This document shows positions 1 to 10,800 of a stretch of 58,246 bases of DNA, in pieces. Numbering within the stretch: position 1 is the first letter of the stretch; each line of letters begins with the position of its first letter. The translations under genes and the position numbers were made by a program. The notes below the pieces were generated by a model. It did not search any database. It saw only the letters and a program-made list of their open reading frames with translations, and was not told the origin of the DNA. This DNA comes from an uncultured Deferribacteres bacterium (GTDB lineage Bacteria; Zhuqueibacterota; Zhuqueibacteria; Zhuqueibacterales; Geothermadaptataceae): contig CAXHAT010000018.1 in the NCBI GenBank assembly GCA_964014485.1, forward strand, positions 1-58,246. The letters run 5' to 3'.

Positions 1-160
1 CGCAAAACAACGTACAATGATCACTGACTTCAATCAAAAATATTCATCGGAACAAATTGGGTGGTGGAACGATAGTTCATTTTAGAAATTTAGGTTATAT
101 ACCTGTGTTCACAGAAATTTGATAATGCATTGAAAGAGTATGATTGCAAGAGATAGAAAG

Positions 161-403
161 ATGAGTGATCATAGAAATATCATTACAATTGAACCCGGTA
201 AGCGGGGAGGCGAACCGTGCATCCGCAGTATGAGAATCACGGTCGGCGACGTCCTCGGCTGGCTGGCGGCGGACATGAGCTATGATGATATACTCATCGA
301 TTTTCCTGAGCTGACCCGCGATGATATTCGGGCGTGTTTAGCGTACGCTGCGGACAGTTCAAACAAAGCCAAAATTATTGGCCGTCATGAAGCTGTTGCT
401 TGA
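161..403 (+). CDS. DUF433 family antitoxin
   Basis: ITIEPGKRGGEPCIRSMRITVGDVL...ILIDFPELTRDDIRACLAYAA is the DUF433 signature; ATG at 161 is more likely than 140. Confidence 0.85.
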   Translation: MSDHRNIITIEPGKRGGEPCIRSMRITVGDVLGWLAADMSYDDILIDFPELTRDDIRACLAYAADSSNKAKIIGRHEAVA

Positions 404-410
404 TCAAAAC
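387..410 (+). pseudogene. N-terminal remnant of DUF5615/PIN-like toxin
   Basis: MKLLLDQN overlapping the end of the DUF433 gene is the typical start of DUF5615 (VapC45-like) toxins; similarity is lost after 8 codons. Confidence 0.6.
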
Positions 411-577
411 GAAGAATATTTTTGTGGCGTTCGTACATTTGACGGAAGTTGGTTCGCAAATATCTTGAACAAGATAATTTTGCTTGATTTCGTCTTGCGT
501 ATTTTACAAACTCAGGCTGCTTTTACGGCAGGAAAAGAAAATATTCAAATCGTTTTTAAAATTCAGCAGGGGGTTTT

Positions 578-820
578 ATGGAAAACGCGATGCTTTTTAA
601 TACATACGAAAACGTCAAGAAACTCAAGGCTTCCGGTTTCACGGAAGAACAAGCGGAAGTACAAACGCAAATTTTAGCTGAATTGGTAGACAAGCAGTTG
701 GTTACCCGGCAACATCTCGATGAGCGCCTCAAAGAGCTTGAATATCGGCTCATTATTCGGCTTGGAACAATGATGGTCGTCGCTGTTGGGGCGATCGCGG
801 CGCTTGTAAAGATTCTGTAA
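578..820 (+). CDS. DUF1640/CCDC90 family coiled-coil protein with C-terminal TM helix
   Basis: FNTYENVKKLKASGFTEEQAE...LVTRQHL...RLIIRLGTM motif; G-rich RBS upstream. Confidence 0.8.
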   Translation: MENAMLFNTYENVKKLKASGFTEEQAEVQTQILAELVDKQLVTRQHLDERLKELEYRLIIRLGTMMVVAVGAIAALVKIL

Positions 821-1106
821 GTTATCTTCAGGAACTGGGATTGATCTTCAAAGGCTGTCTTTAGCTGAGTCCATCACTTCAACAAAAAGTTCATTAAACA
901 AACTGTGCGATATATCAAACAATCGATTATTCGGGTTTGATAGCAGTTCAAGATTATTGAAAAGCTTTTTGGTTATACAGTGAACCGTTAGTTTTGTTTT
1001 CCTTGCTTATGAGATGCCAGAAATTACCTAATAAGTATTTGAAGCTGATACATCTTGTAGAATGAATTGAATTAAGGTTCGATGCAGTTTTACGGGGAAA
1101 CAAGCC

Positions 1107-1796
1107 ATGAACGCACGAAAGAAGTTCTTACCAATCTTCATCTTTGGATTCTCACTAACTTTAACCAGGTGTACAAACACAACAGAGCAAGTGTATTTTC
1201 CATTGGAAGAAGGGCTTGCATGGCGTTACCAATTTGATCGTAAATCAAACTGGGTCTTGCATAGTGGGCAGGGTAATGTCAATGTAACAATTTCAGGCCA
1301 AAGAGAAATCCATGGAAAAACGACTATGATTCAAAAAATAGATGTCAGCGGTCAAAGTTCGTTTACTTTTCTGGTTGAGGATACTACAGGCATATATGAG
1401 TTTGCTCGACAGTCATCTACGGATATGGAACCTCAGCTCAAAAGCTATCCAAATTATTTGATTAAATACCCAATTACCTTGGACGAAACTTGGAAGACCA
1501 TTCAAAAATCTAGTATTGACGATGGTGTCCTTATAAATTGTATGACATTTGTCGAGAGCATAGATGACCTTGTTACAGTTCCTGCAGGTACGTTCGAGCA
1601 ATGTGTGAAAATCAAATCTTTTGGGAAAACTTCAAGGCAAAAACGTATTGCGTTTTCTATTGTCACTGAAGAATATTCTTTAGAGCTTACCGATTGGTAT
1701 GCAAAAGGCGTTGGTTTAGTGAAAACAATAGCAAATGAATCTCTAAATAAGACACAAGTCGAAACCGCACTACAGTTGGAAGAGTATTCAAGATAA
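1107..1796 (+). CDS. hypothetical exported (lipo)protein, beta-rich
   Basis: Hydrophobic N-terminus with Cys; YFPL..G..WRY, VTVPAGTFEQCVKI and WYAKGVGLVK motifs are common in uncharacterised secreted beta-sheet proteins; AT-rich. Confidence 0.7.
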   Translation: MNARKKFLPIFIFGFSLTLTRCTNTTEQVYFPLEEGLAWRYQFDRKSNWVLHSGQGNVNVTISGQREIHGKTTMIQKIDVSGQSSFTFLVEDTTGIYEFARQSSTDMEPQLKSYPNYLIKYPITLDETWKTIQKSSIDDGVLINCMTFVESIDDLVTVPAGTFEQCVKIKSFGKTSRQKRIAFSIVTEEYSLELTDWYAKGVGLVKTIANESLNKTQVETALQLEEYSR

Positions 1797-1895
1797 AGCA
1801 ATGGCAAGTCAAATGTTTATGTAAATAGCTTTTTGATTTTTCTGGGTACTTTCATGAATAACGGGGCGTTCAAAATCTAACGTAATCTGATCATC

Positions 1896-4800
1896 CTATT
1901 TCACCACCGTCATCCGCAAACTCTTCACGAAATTCTCACTTCTCAGAACATAATAGTAAATCCCTGAACTCACCGGCAGGCCGGATTCGTTGCGGCCGTT
2001 CCAGGCGGTTTGGTAGAAACCGGCGGGTTTGGTCTCGTTGACCAGCGTGCGTACGCGGCGACCGAGAATGTCGTAGACTTCGAGCACCATGGCTGCGTCT
2101 TTGGCGAGCTGGAATTTGATCCAGGTTTGCTGTGCGCGCGCCGAGAACGGATTTGGATAGTTTTGCGACAACTTGAATTCCTGTGGAGCTAAAACATCGA
2201 TCACGTCCTTCGTCCTCCGCCTTCCGTCCTTCGCGGCGAGAATCGCAGCGGATTCCACGCCAATAACGGCGGCGTAGGCATCGAAATACGTCTCGGCCAT
2301 CACGTCGTAGCCGCGGTCGTTCGGGTGCAGGTCTTCGGCCATGTAGTCGTTGCCGTTGCCCGTAAAAAGATCGGGATTGTTGTCGAACGGCGTGTAGTGA
2401 TCGACCATGTGAACCGGCTCAGACTGACCGGTGATCGCGCCAGCGGCAAAGTCGTCGATCAGGCGGATGATTTCGTCGTTCAATTCCACCGTTTCATTTT
2501 CCCGGTCGCCGCGCGGGACGATTTGGCTGACGAAGATGTGCTCGACAAAATTGCCTTCCGTGCCGTCGCGCCACTGCAGAACGTAATTCACCAATTCGCC
2601 GACATTGCCGGCGGTGGAGTGCGCCATTGTTTGGCCGCCGTTGTTGCTGTAGGGCGAAAGGTTGGTTTCCGCGGTTAAGTCGTTGGCGCCGAGATGGATC
2701 ATCACGACAGACGGCTGGTACAAGTCGAGCGTCTCGGCAAGATCGTTCACGCCAGTGCCGGAGCCGTTGCCAAAACTTTGCGGATAAAAATCTTCGAGGT
2801 TTTGGCCTGGATAAAAATGGCCTTCGTACGGCGACGCGCCTTCCGGCCCGACAAAATCGACGCTTTCCCCCGCTGAGTGCAGCATGTTATACAATTCCGG
2901 GCGGAAGCCCAAACCGTCGGAACTGCCGACGCCGTCGGTGATGGAATTGCCCACCAAAAGAACGCGCTTGCCCGACGCGCCCTCCGGCTTCAATTTCACT
3001 TCGATAGCGTTGATGATCGGATTTTCCAGCACGTTGTTGAAATCAATGTCCAAAACGCCGTCCGTGACCGAAACGTCAAAATTGTAAACCAGCGCCGCGT
3101 CGTGTCCGGCGACAGCGTGAACGTCGAGGTCGTTCAGTACTTGCTGGCCTTCCAAATCCACGTCGAACTTGCGCTTGCCGGATTCCTGGTAGTAGGTTTC
3201 GGCGAAAAGCAATTGCACCGAATACGTCCCGGATTGCGGCACGGTGAAACGATAATGATCGAAGCGGTAGCGATTGAATTGGTACAAAACGTCGTCTTCG
3301 GTGTTAGCCACCGGATCGCTGGTTTCGGCCGTTCCGCTGCGCGAGCCTTTGTAGCCCCACGAGCCGACTTGATACTCTTGATCCGCATCCCAATCGCGCC
3401 CGTCGACGCCGGTGTATTGCCCGTCCGCGACGTTGACGCGCTGCACCCAACTCGCTTCTTCGAGCGTCGTGAAGGTGAAATCATCACTCGTCGCCAGGTT
3501 GCCGCTGGCGTCGCGGGAGAGCACGCGGAAGTGGTAAGTGGTTGAAGGTTCCAGGTTTGAAAGTTGAACGCCGTGCTCAGTTTCCAGCGCAGGGTCGAGC
3601 GTGGTCGCGTCGCCGTAATTCGTGTCGAGGCCGTATTCGACCTGCGAATCCGAGGCTTCGTCGGTGTTCCAGACAATCGACGCGCTGCTCGAAGCGATGT
3701 TTTGCGCGGCGACGTTTGAAATGACCGGCGGCGTTGCGTCCGGCGCGGGCGTGGTGAAAGTAAAATCGCCGCTGGTGGCAAGATTGCCGGAAGCGTCGCG
3801 CGACTTGACCCGGAAATGGTACGTCGTCGAATGTTCCAAATTATCGAGTTGAACATTGTGCGCCGTGACTTGCGCCGGATCGACGGCGGTCGTGCTGCCG
3901 TAACTCGTGTTCGTGCCGTATTCGACCTGCGAATCCGAAGCTTCGTCGGTGTTCCAGGAAATCGTCGCTGATGTTTGCGTTACATTGCTCGACGCGACGT
4001 TTGAAATGACCGGCGGCACCAGATCCGGCCCGGCGGATTTGACTTCGATTCCGGAAATCATTGCGTTTTCGAGCACATTCTGGAAAGTCACGTCGAGCAC
4101 GCCGTCGGTGACTTCGGCTTCGAAAGTATAAACCAGCGCGACGTCATGGCCAACTTCGGCGATAATATCGAGGTCATCAAGAACGCGCGTTCCTTCGATG
4201 GAAACGTCGAAAATGCGCTTGCCCGCTTCTTCGTGATACTCTTCGCAAAAATGCAATTCCACCATGTATTCACCGGCGGACGGCACGGCAAAACGGTACG
4301 CATTGATGCGGTAACGATTGGTTTGGTAGAGCGCGTCATCCTCGGTGTCGGCGATGGCGTGATTCGTATCGCCGGTTCCGCTGCGGCTGCCGTCATAGCC
4401 GAATTCGCCGTCATCTTTCTGGTCGGCGCTCCAAATTCTGCCGTCCACGCCGGTGTATTCGCCGCCGCCAACATTGACCCGCCGCGCAAATCCCGGCGGC
4501 GCGCTGGTGGTGAAAGTAAAATCATCGCTCGTCGCCAAATTGCCCGCCGCGTCACGAGAAAGGACGCGATAATGATAAGTCGTGTTAGCGGTCAGTCCGG
4601 CCAAAGCCTGGCTGTGCGAAGTCACGAGATTCGGATCGAGAATGGTCACGTTGCCGTAATTTGTGTCGGGGCCATACTCGATTTGCGAATCCGCAGCTTC
4701 GTCCGTGTTCCAGACAATGGTTGCGCCGGTCGCGGAGATTTCGTTGGCCTGCACGTTTGAAATCACGGGCGGCGTTTCGTCCGGCGTTGCGGTGGTAAAA

Positions 4801-7800
4801 GTCTGGTCGGCGGAAGACGCGCCGTTGTTGGCGGAGTCCCAGTTCCAGACGCGGAAATGATAGGTTGTCGCGGGGGAAAGCCCGGTCAAAATCACGCTGT
4901 GCTGCGTGGTCAAATCGGTTTCCAACGCCGTCCAGGAACCGTAGTTTTCGTCCGCGCCAAATTCGATTTGCCGCTGGGCCGGTTCGTCGGTCTGCCAGGT
5001 AATTGTCGCGGATTCGTCGGAGATATTTGTGACTTGAATGTTGGAAATCACCGGCGGCGTTGCGTCGTCCGAGAGCCAGCGCACGCGGTAAACGTTCGCG
5101 TGGGTTTTGCCGAATTCGTCGAAGCCGTTTTCGCCGTAAAGATCGGTAAAATAAAGCGCGTCCGGGCCAAAGGCGAGGCCGAGCACCGTCGCGACCCCGG
5201 CGCCGGTGTAGTTCAGAAACTCGGTTTGATTGACGACCGCGCCGCTTGCGTCCAGTTCAAATGCCTGGATCTTTTTCCCCGAAGAATCGGGGCCGGTGAT
5301 GAACGGATCGGCGACCAAAGCCGCGAACAGCCAGCCGGGAAATTGCGGATCGAAAGGCGTGTTTTCGTTAAAATCAACCGCGCCGGGCACGACGACTTCG
5401 TCCCAGTATTGAATCGCGCCCGTCGTCAAATCGGGATCGATCAAACGCCAGCCGTGATCCTGCCCCGCCTCGATTTTCACCAAACGGTCGCCGGTGTCCG
5501 GGCCGTTGTCGCTGACGTAAAGTTTGCCGTCCGCCGCACGCCACGCACCGCCGAAGGGGTTGCGCATCCCGGTGGCGTAAACGTAGGAATCGGGAAACGG
5601 ATTGTCGCCGGGTTTCGAACCGTCGAGATTGAGCCGCAGAATTTTGCCGCGCAAATCGTTCGGATCGGGCGCGCTCGCGGGCTGCTGGCCGTCGCCGACG
5701 TTAGCGTAGAGCAAGCCGTCCGCGCCGATGGTGAGCGCCTGGATTTGGTGCGAATAATCCGCCGGAATCCCGGTCAAAACATCTTCTTGCGATGAAGACG
5801 TGCGCCCGCCGTCCGTGCTTTTCAAACGAGTAATCTTGCTGAAAATCGCACCGCCGTCTTCGTAATCCAGCGAAACGAGCACGTCGCCGTTGTTAGGATC
5901 GACGACGACGCCGCGCAGTCCGGCCTCGGTTTCGCCGGGATCGAAATTGAGCAAACCGCCGGCGTAGGTCGTTGTTTCGTAATTGCGCTGCACCATCACC
6001 ACCTCGCCCTGCTGCAAAGTGACGTAAAAATATGGATCACTCTCGTTCGGCCCGGGATTCGGGATAAACGCAATGTTCAACGGCAAGTGAAGATCGGTGA
6101 CGACCGGGACGATCTCAAAATTCTCCGGCACGCTCCAACTGTTTTGCGTGTCGCGAATGGTCAAAGTATAAGCCTGCTCTAGCGTCGCCGCGGGGTTTTG
6201 GCTGTCGCTGACGCGAACGGTGAAATTGAAGCCGCCAATCGCCGTTGGCGCGCCGGTGAGCGCGCCGTCCGTTCCCAGAACCAAGCCGTCCGGCAATGCC
6301 CCGCTGGCGATCTCAAAATTGTAGTCCGGCAGCCCGCCCCACACCACGATCTGCTGACTGTAGACAATGTTGATCTCACCGTCAGACAGACCGGTTGTGC
6401 GAAATTCCAGTGCGCGGAACGGCGCAACCGGCGTTTGAACCGCGCCTTGATCGATCCACTTCGCGATCAGGTCGATTTCGTCGTCGGTTAAATTGGCCAT
6501 TTTGCTGCCGACCGACGGATTCGGATTGACGATTTTTTCATGCAGCCAGCTCATCACATGATCGAAAGGCTTGACGAGCAGATAGGTCGGCTCCTGCGTG
6601 CTGGCGACGTTCACGGTTTGTGCGAAAGAAACTTCCGCCGACAAATCCAGATCTGCGGGCGGCGACGGACCGGAATGACAGCGGACGCAATTGCGATCAT
6701 AAATTCCTTGCACGTTGGCGTAGGCGACGTTGCCGTCGGAAGCTGTTGTGAAGAGAAAATCATCGCTGGTCGCCAGGTTGCCACTCGCGTCGCGGGAATG
6801 GACGCGATAGTGGTAGGTGGTTGAAGGTTGAAGGTTTGAAAGTTGAAGGTTGTGTTCGGTGATCAGTGTTGGATCGAGCGCGGTCGTGCTGCCGTAATTT
6901 GTGTCGAGGCCGTATTCGACTTGTGAATCGGCGGCTTCATCCGTGTTCCAGGAGATCATCGCGGAAGATTGCGTCAGCCCGCCCGCTTGCACGTTCGAAA
7001 TCACCGGCGGCGTTGCGTCGATTTCCTGGGTCGTGAAAGTTAAATCCTCACTTGTCGCCAGATTTCCGCTCGTATCTTTCGACAAAACGCGGAAATGATA
7101 GGTCGTTCCTGAACTCAACCCGCCGACGCCGTGCGCATGGTTTTGCACGAAAGCAGGATCGAGCGTCGTCATGCCGCCGTAGGTTGCGTCCGGGCCAAAT
7201 TCGATTTGCGAATCGGCGACTTCGTCGGTGTTCCAGGTCACGGTCACGCTGTCCGGGAAAATTTCCGTCACGACAACATCAGAAATATCCGGCGGCGTGA
7301 GGTCGGGAATGATGGTGGTGAAGGTAAAACCGCTGCTGAGCGCGAGATTGCCGCTTTCGTCTTTCGAGAGGGCGCGATAGTGGTAGGTCGCGCCGGGCGT
7401 CAAGCCGGTCAACTCAACGCTGTGCGACGTCACCAACGCCGGATCGAGCGGACTGATGCTGCCGTAATTCGCGTCGAGGCCGAACTCGACCTGCGAATCG
7501 GCGGGTTCGTCCGTGCTCCAAATGATGGTCGCCGTTTCCGCGCCAACTTCCGTCGCCGCGACATTGCTGATTTGCGGCGGGGCCGTGTCCGCCGCCGAAC
7601 GCACTTCGATGGCGCTGATGATCGCGTTTTCCACGATTTTTCTAAACTCAACATCGAGCACGTCGCCGGTCACGGTCACTTCAAAAGTATAAACCAACGC
7701 CGCGTCATGCCCGGCTTCGGCGATAACGTCGAGATCATCGATAACATTTTGGCCTTCGAGATCGACGTGAAATCGGCGCTTGCCCGCCTCGGTGTGATAT

Positions 7801-10800
7801 TCTTCGCAAAAATGCAGCGTCACGATGTAGTCGCCCGGTTCAACGTCAAAACGGTAGGAATCGAGACGGTAGCGATTGGTTTGGTACAAAACGTCGTCGT
7901 CGGTATTCGCAATCGGATCGTTGGTGTCGCCGGATCCGCTGCGTGAGCCAACGTAGCCGTACGTTCCCGCGCTCCATTTTTTGTCCGCATCCCAAATTTG
8001 TCCATCGCCGTCGGTGTAGCTGCCGCCGCCAACATTCACGCGCTGCTCGTAACTCGGCTGCGGCGGGGCGGGCGTGGTAAAAGTGAAATCATCGCTGATA
8101 GCCTGATTGCCGCTCGAATCGCTTGAAAGCACGCGAAAATGGTAGGTCGTATTCGGCGACAAATCGCTCAGTTGCTGATTGTGCGCCGTGACCAAGTTCG
8201 GATCGTGCGCGGTCAAATTGCCGTAAGCCGTGCTCACGCCAAACTCAACTTGCGAGTCCGCCGCTTCGTCGGTGTTCCATGAAATCGAGGCGCCGGTTGA
8301 AGTGATGTTTGACGAAACGACGTTTGAAATCACCGGCGGCGTTTCGTCGCGTTCCAGCGTGGTGAAAGTGAAATCCGCGCTCAAACCGAGATTGCCGCTG
8401 GCGTCCTTTGAGCGGGCGCGAAAATGGTAGGTCGTGTTCGGTTCAAGCCCGCCAACGCCGTTTTGATGCGCCGTCAAAAGCGCGGGATTCAAGGCGGAAA
8501 AACCGCCGTAATTTTCGTCCAAGCCAAATTCGATTTGATCGTCCGCCGCTTCGTCGGTGTTCCATGTCACGGTCACGCTGTCCGTAAAAACTTCCGTGAC
8601 GACGACGTCCGAAAGCACCGGCGGCGTTTCGTCCGGCGCCAAAGTCGTGAAAGTAAAATCCGTGCTTTGCCCCAAATTTCCGCTGGCGTCACGGGAGAGC
8701 GCGCGGAAATGATAGGTCGTGTTTGAAGCCAAACCGCCAAAACCGACGGTGTGCGTTGTTGTCATCGACGGATCAAGCGCGGAAAAATTGCCGTAGCTTG
8801 CGTCAAGGCCAAATTCAACCTGCGAATCGGAAAGCTCGTTCGTGTTCCAGGTGATTTTCACGCTGTCCAAATAAACTTCCGCGACGGCGACGTTTGAAAA
8901 AGTCGGCGGGGTCAAATCCGGCGCATCCGTCGTAAAAGTGAAGTCGGCGCTCATGCTCAAATTGCCGCTTTCGTCGCGGGAGAGCGTGCGGTAGTGGTAA
9001 GTTGTTCCGGGTTGAAGGTTGGAAAGTTGAACGTTGTGCGCCGTCACCAGAGAAATGTCGAGCGTGGTGATGTTGCCGTAATTTGCGTCGAGACCAAATT
9101 CGACCTGCGAATCCGCCGGTTCGTTGGTGTTCCAGGAAACGGTTGCGCCGGTTTCGCCAATATTGCTTACGTTGACGTTTGAAATCTCCGGCGCGACGCC
9201 GTCCGCTTCCGAGCGTACTTCAATGCCGCTAAGAATAGCATTTTCAAGCACTTTGCGGAAATCAACATCAAGCCTGCCGTCCGTTACTTCGGTTTCAAAT
9301 TCGAAAACCAGCGCTGCGTCGTGCCCCGCTTCTGCGATTACGTCAAGATCGTTGATGACCTGTTGGCCTTCAATATCAACGTCGAATTTTCGTTTGCCGG
9401 ATTCGGTGTAATACTCCTCGCAAAAATGCAATTGCACGAAGTACGTACCGTTTTCAACCGTGAAACGATAGCCGTCGATACGGTAGCGATTCGTTTGATA
9501 AAGCGCGTCCGCGTCGGTGTTGGCGATGGGATCGTTGGTGTCGCCGACGCCGCTTCTTGAGCCGTCGTAGCCCCAATCATTTCCGGCTGACGCTCGATCC
9601 GCCGCCCAAACCGTCCCGTCCGGCGCGGTATAGTCGCCGCCGCCGACATTGACGCGCTGCAAGTAGGACGGCCCGCCAACCGCAGCCGTCCGAAAAACAA
9701 AATCTTCGCTCGGCCCGCGATTGCCCAATTCGTCCGTCGACCACACGCGATAATGATAAATCGTATTTTCCTGCAAGCCGGTCAATTCCTGGTTGTGCGC
9801 AAGCGTGAGCGCCGGATCGAGGGTCGTGAAACTGCCGTAATTTGTATCGAGACCGTACTCAACCTGTGAATCGCCGGGTTCGTCCGTGTTCCAGGAAATC
9901 GTCGCGCTGTTCATGGCGATGTTTTTTGCGGTGACATTGCTGAACGCGGGCGGCGTCTGATCTTCCGGCCTGGTGGTAAAAGTAAAATCGTCGCTGGCTG
10001 CTTGATTTCCTCGCAAGTCGGTTGAAAGAACGCGGAAATGGTAAGTGGTCTCGGGCAGCAAGCCGCCAAGTCCTTGCTCATGCTGGTTCACTGACTCGTC
10101 TTTTCCGACCACCGAGCCGTAATTCGCATCCAAGCCAAATTCGACGTACGTGTCCGCCGCTTCATCAGTATTCCAAACAATGGTGACGCTGTCGGGGAAA
10201 ACATTGCTGGTCTGCACGTCGGAAATGGTCGGAGGCGTAAGATCAGGATCAGTGGTAGTGAAGGTAAAATCTTCGCTCACCGCACGGTTGCCGAATCTGT
10301 CAGTTGAAACAGCTCTAAAATGATAAGTCGTCGAGGGCTGCAAACCGCCAATGCCGTCAAAATGCGTCGTCACCAAATCCGGATCGACTGGCGTGAAATT
10401 GCCGTAGTTTGCGTCCAAACCGTACTCGATCTGCGAATCCGCCAATTCGTCCGTCGTCCAGGGAATGGTCACGCTGTCTTCGAAAACTTCCGTAACGGTC
10501 ACGTCGGAAATGGTCGGTGGGACGAGATCAGGCAGCGTCGCAAAGACGCAATCGGCGCTGACGGACTGATTGCCGTTCAGGTCTTTTGACAAAACGCGTA
10601 AATGGTACGTTGTGTTCGGCTCCAGCCCGGTGATCGTTTGATCGTGGTTTAGCACCAAGGCGGGATCGAGTTCAGAAAAAGTCCCGTATGATAAATCCAG
10701 GCCGTATTCTACTTGTGAATCGGCGTTCTCGTCCGTATCCCAAGTCACGTTCACGGAAGTTTCGGTAATATCGTTGAGGCGAATGTTCGAAATTTCCGGC

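Noticed and set aside
378..677. 99-aa ORF as an intact toxin
   Set aside because: Only the first residues resemble a PIN toxin; the rest overlaps the DUF1640 gene and lacks PIN motifs.
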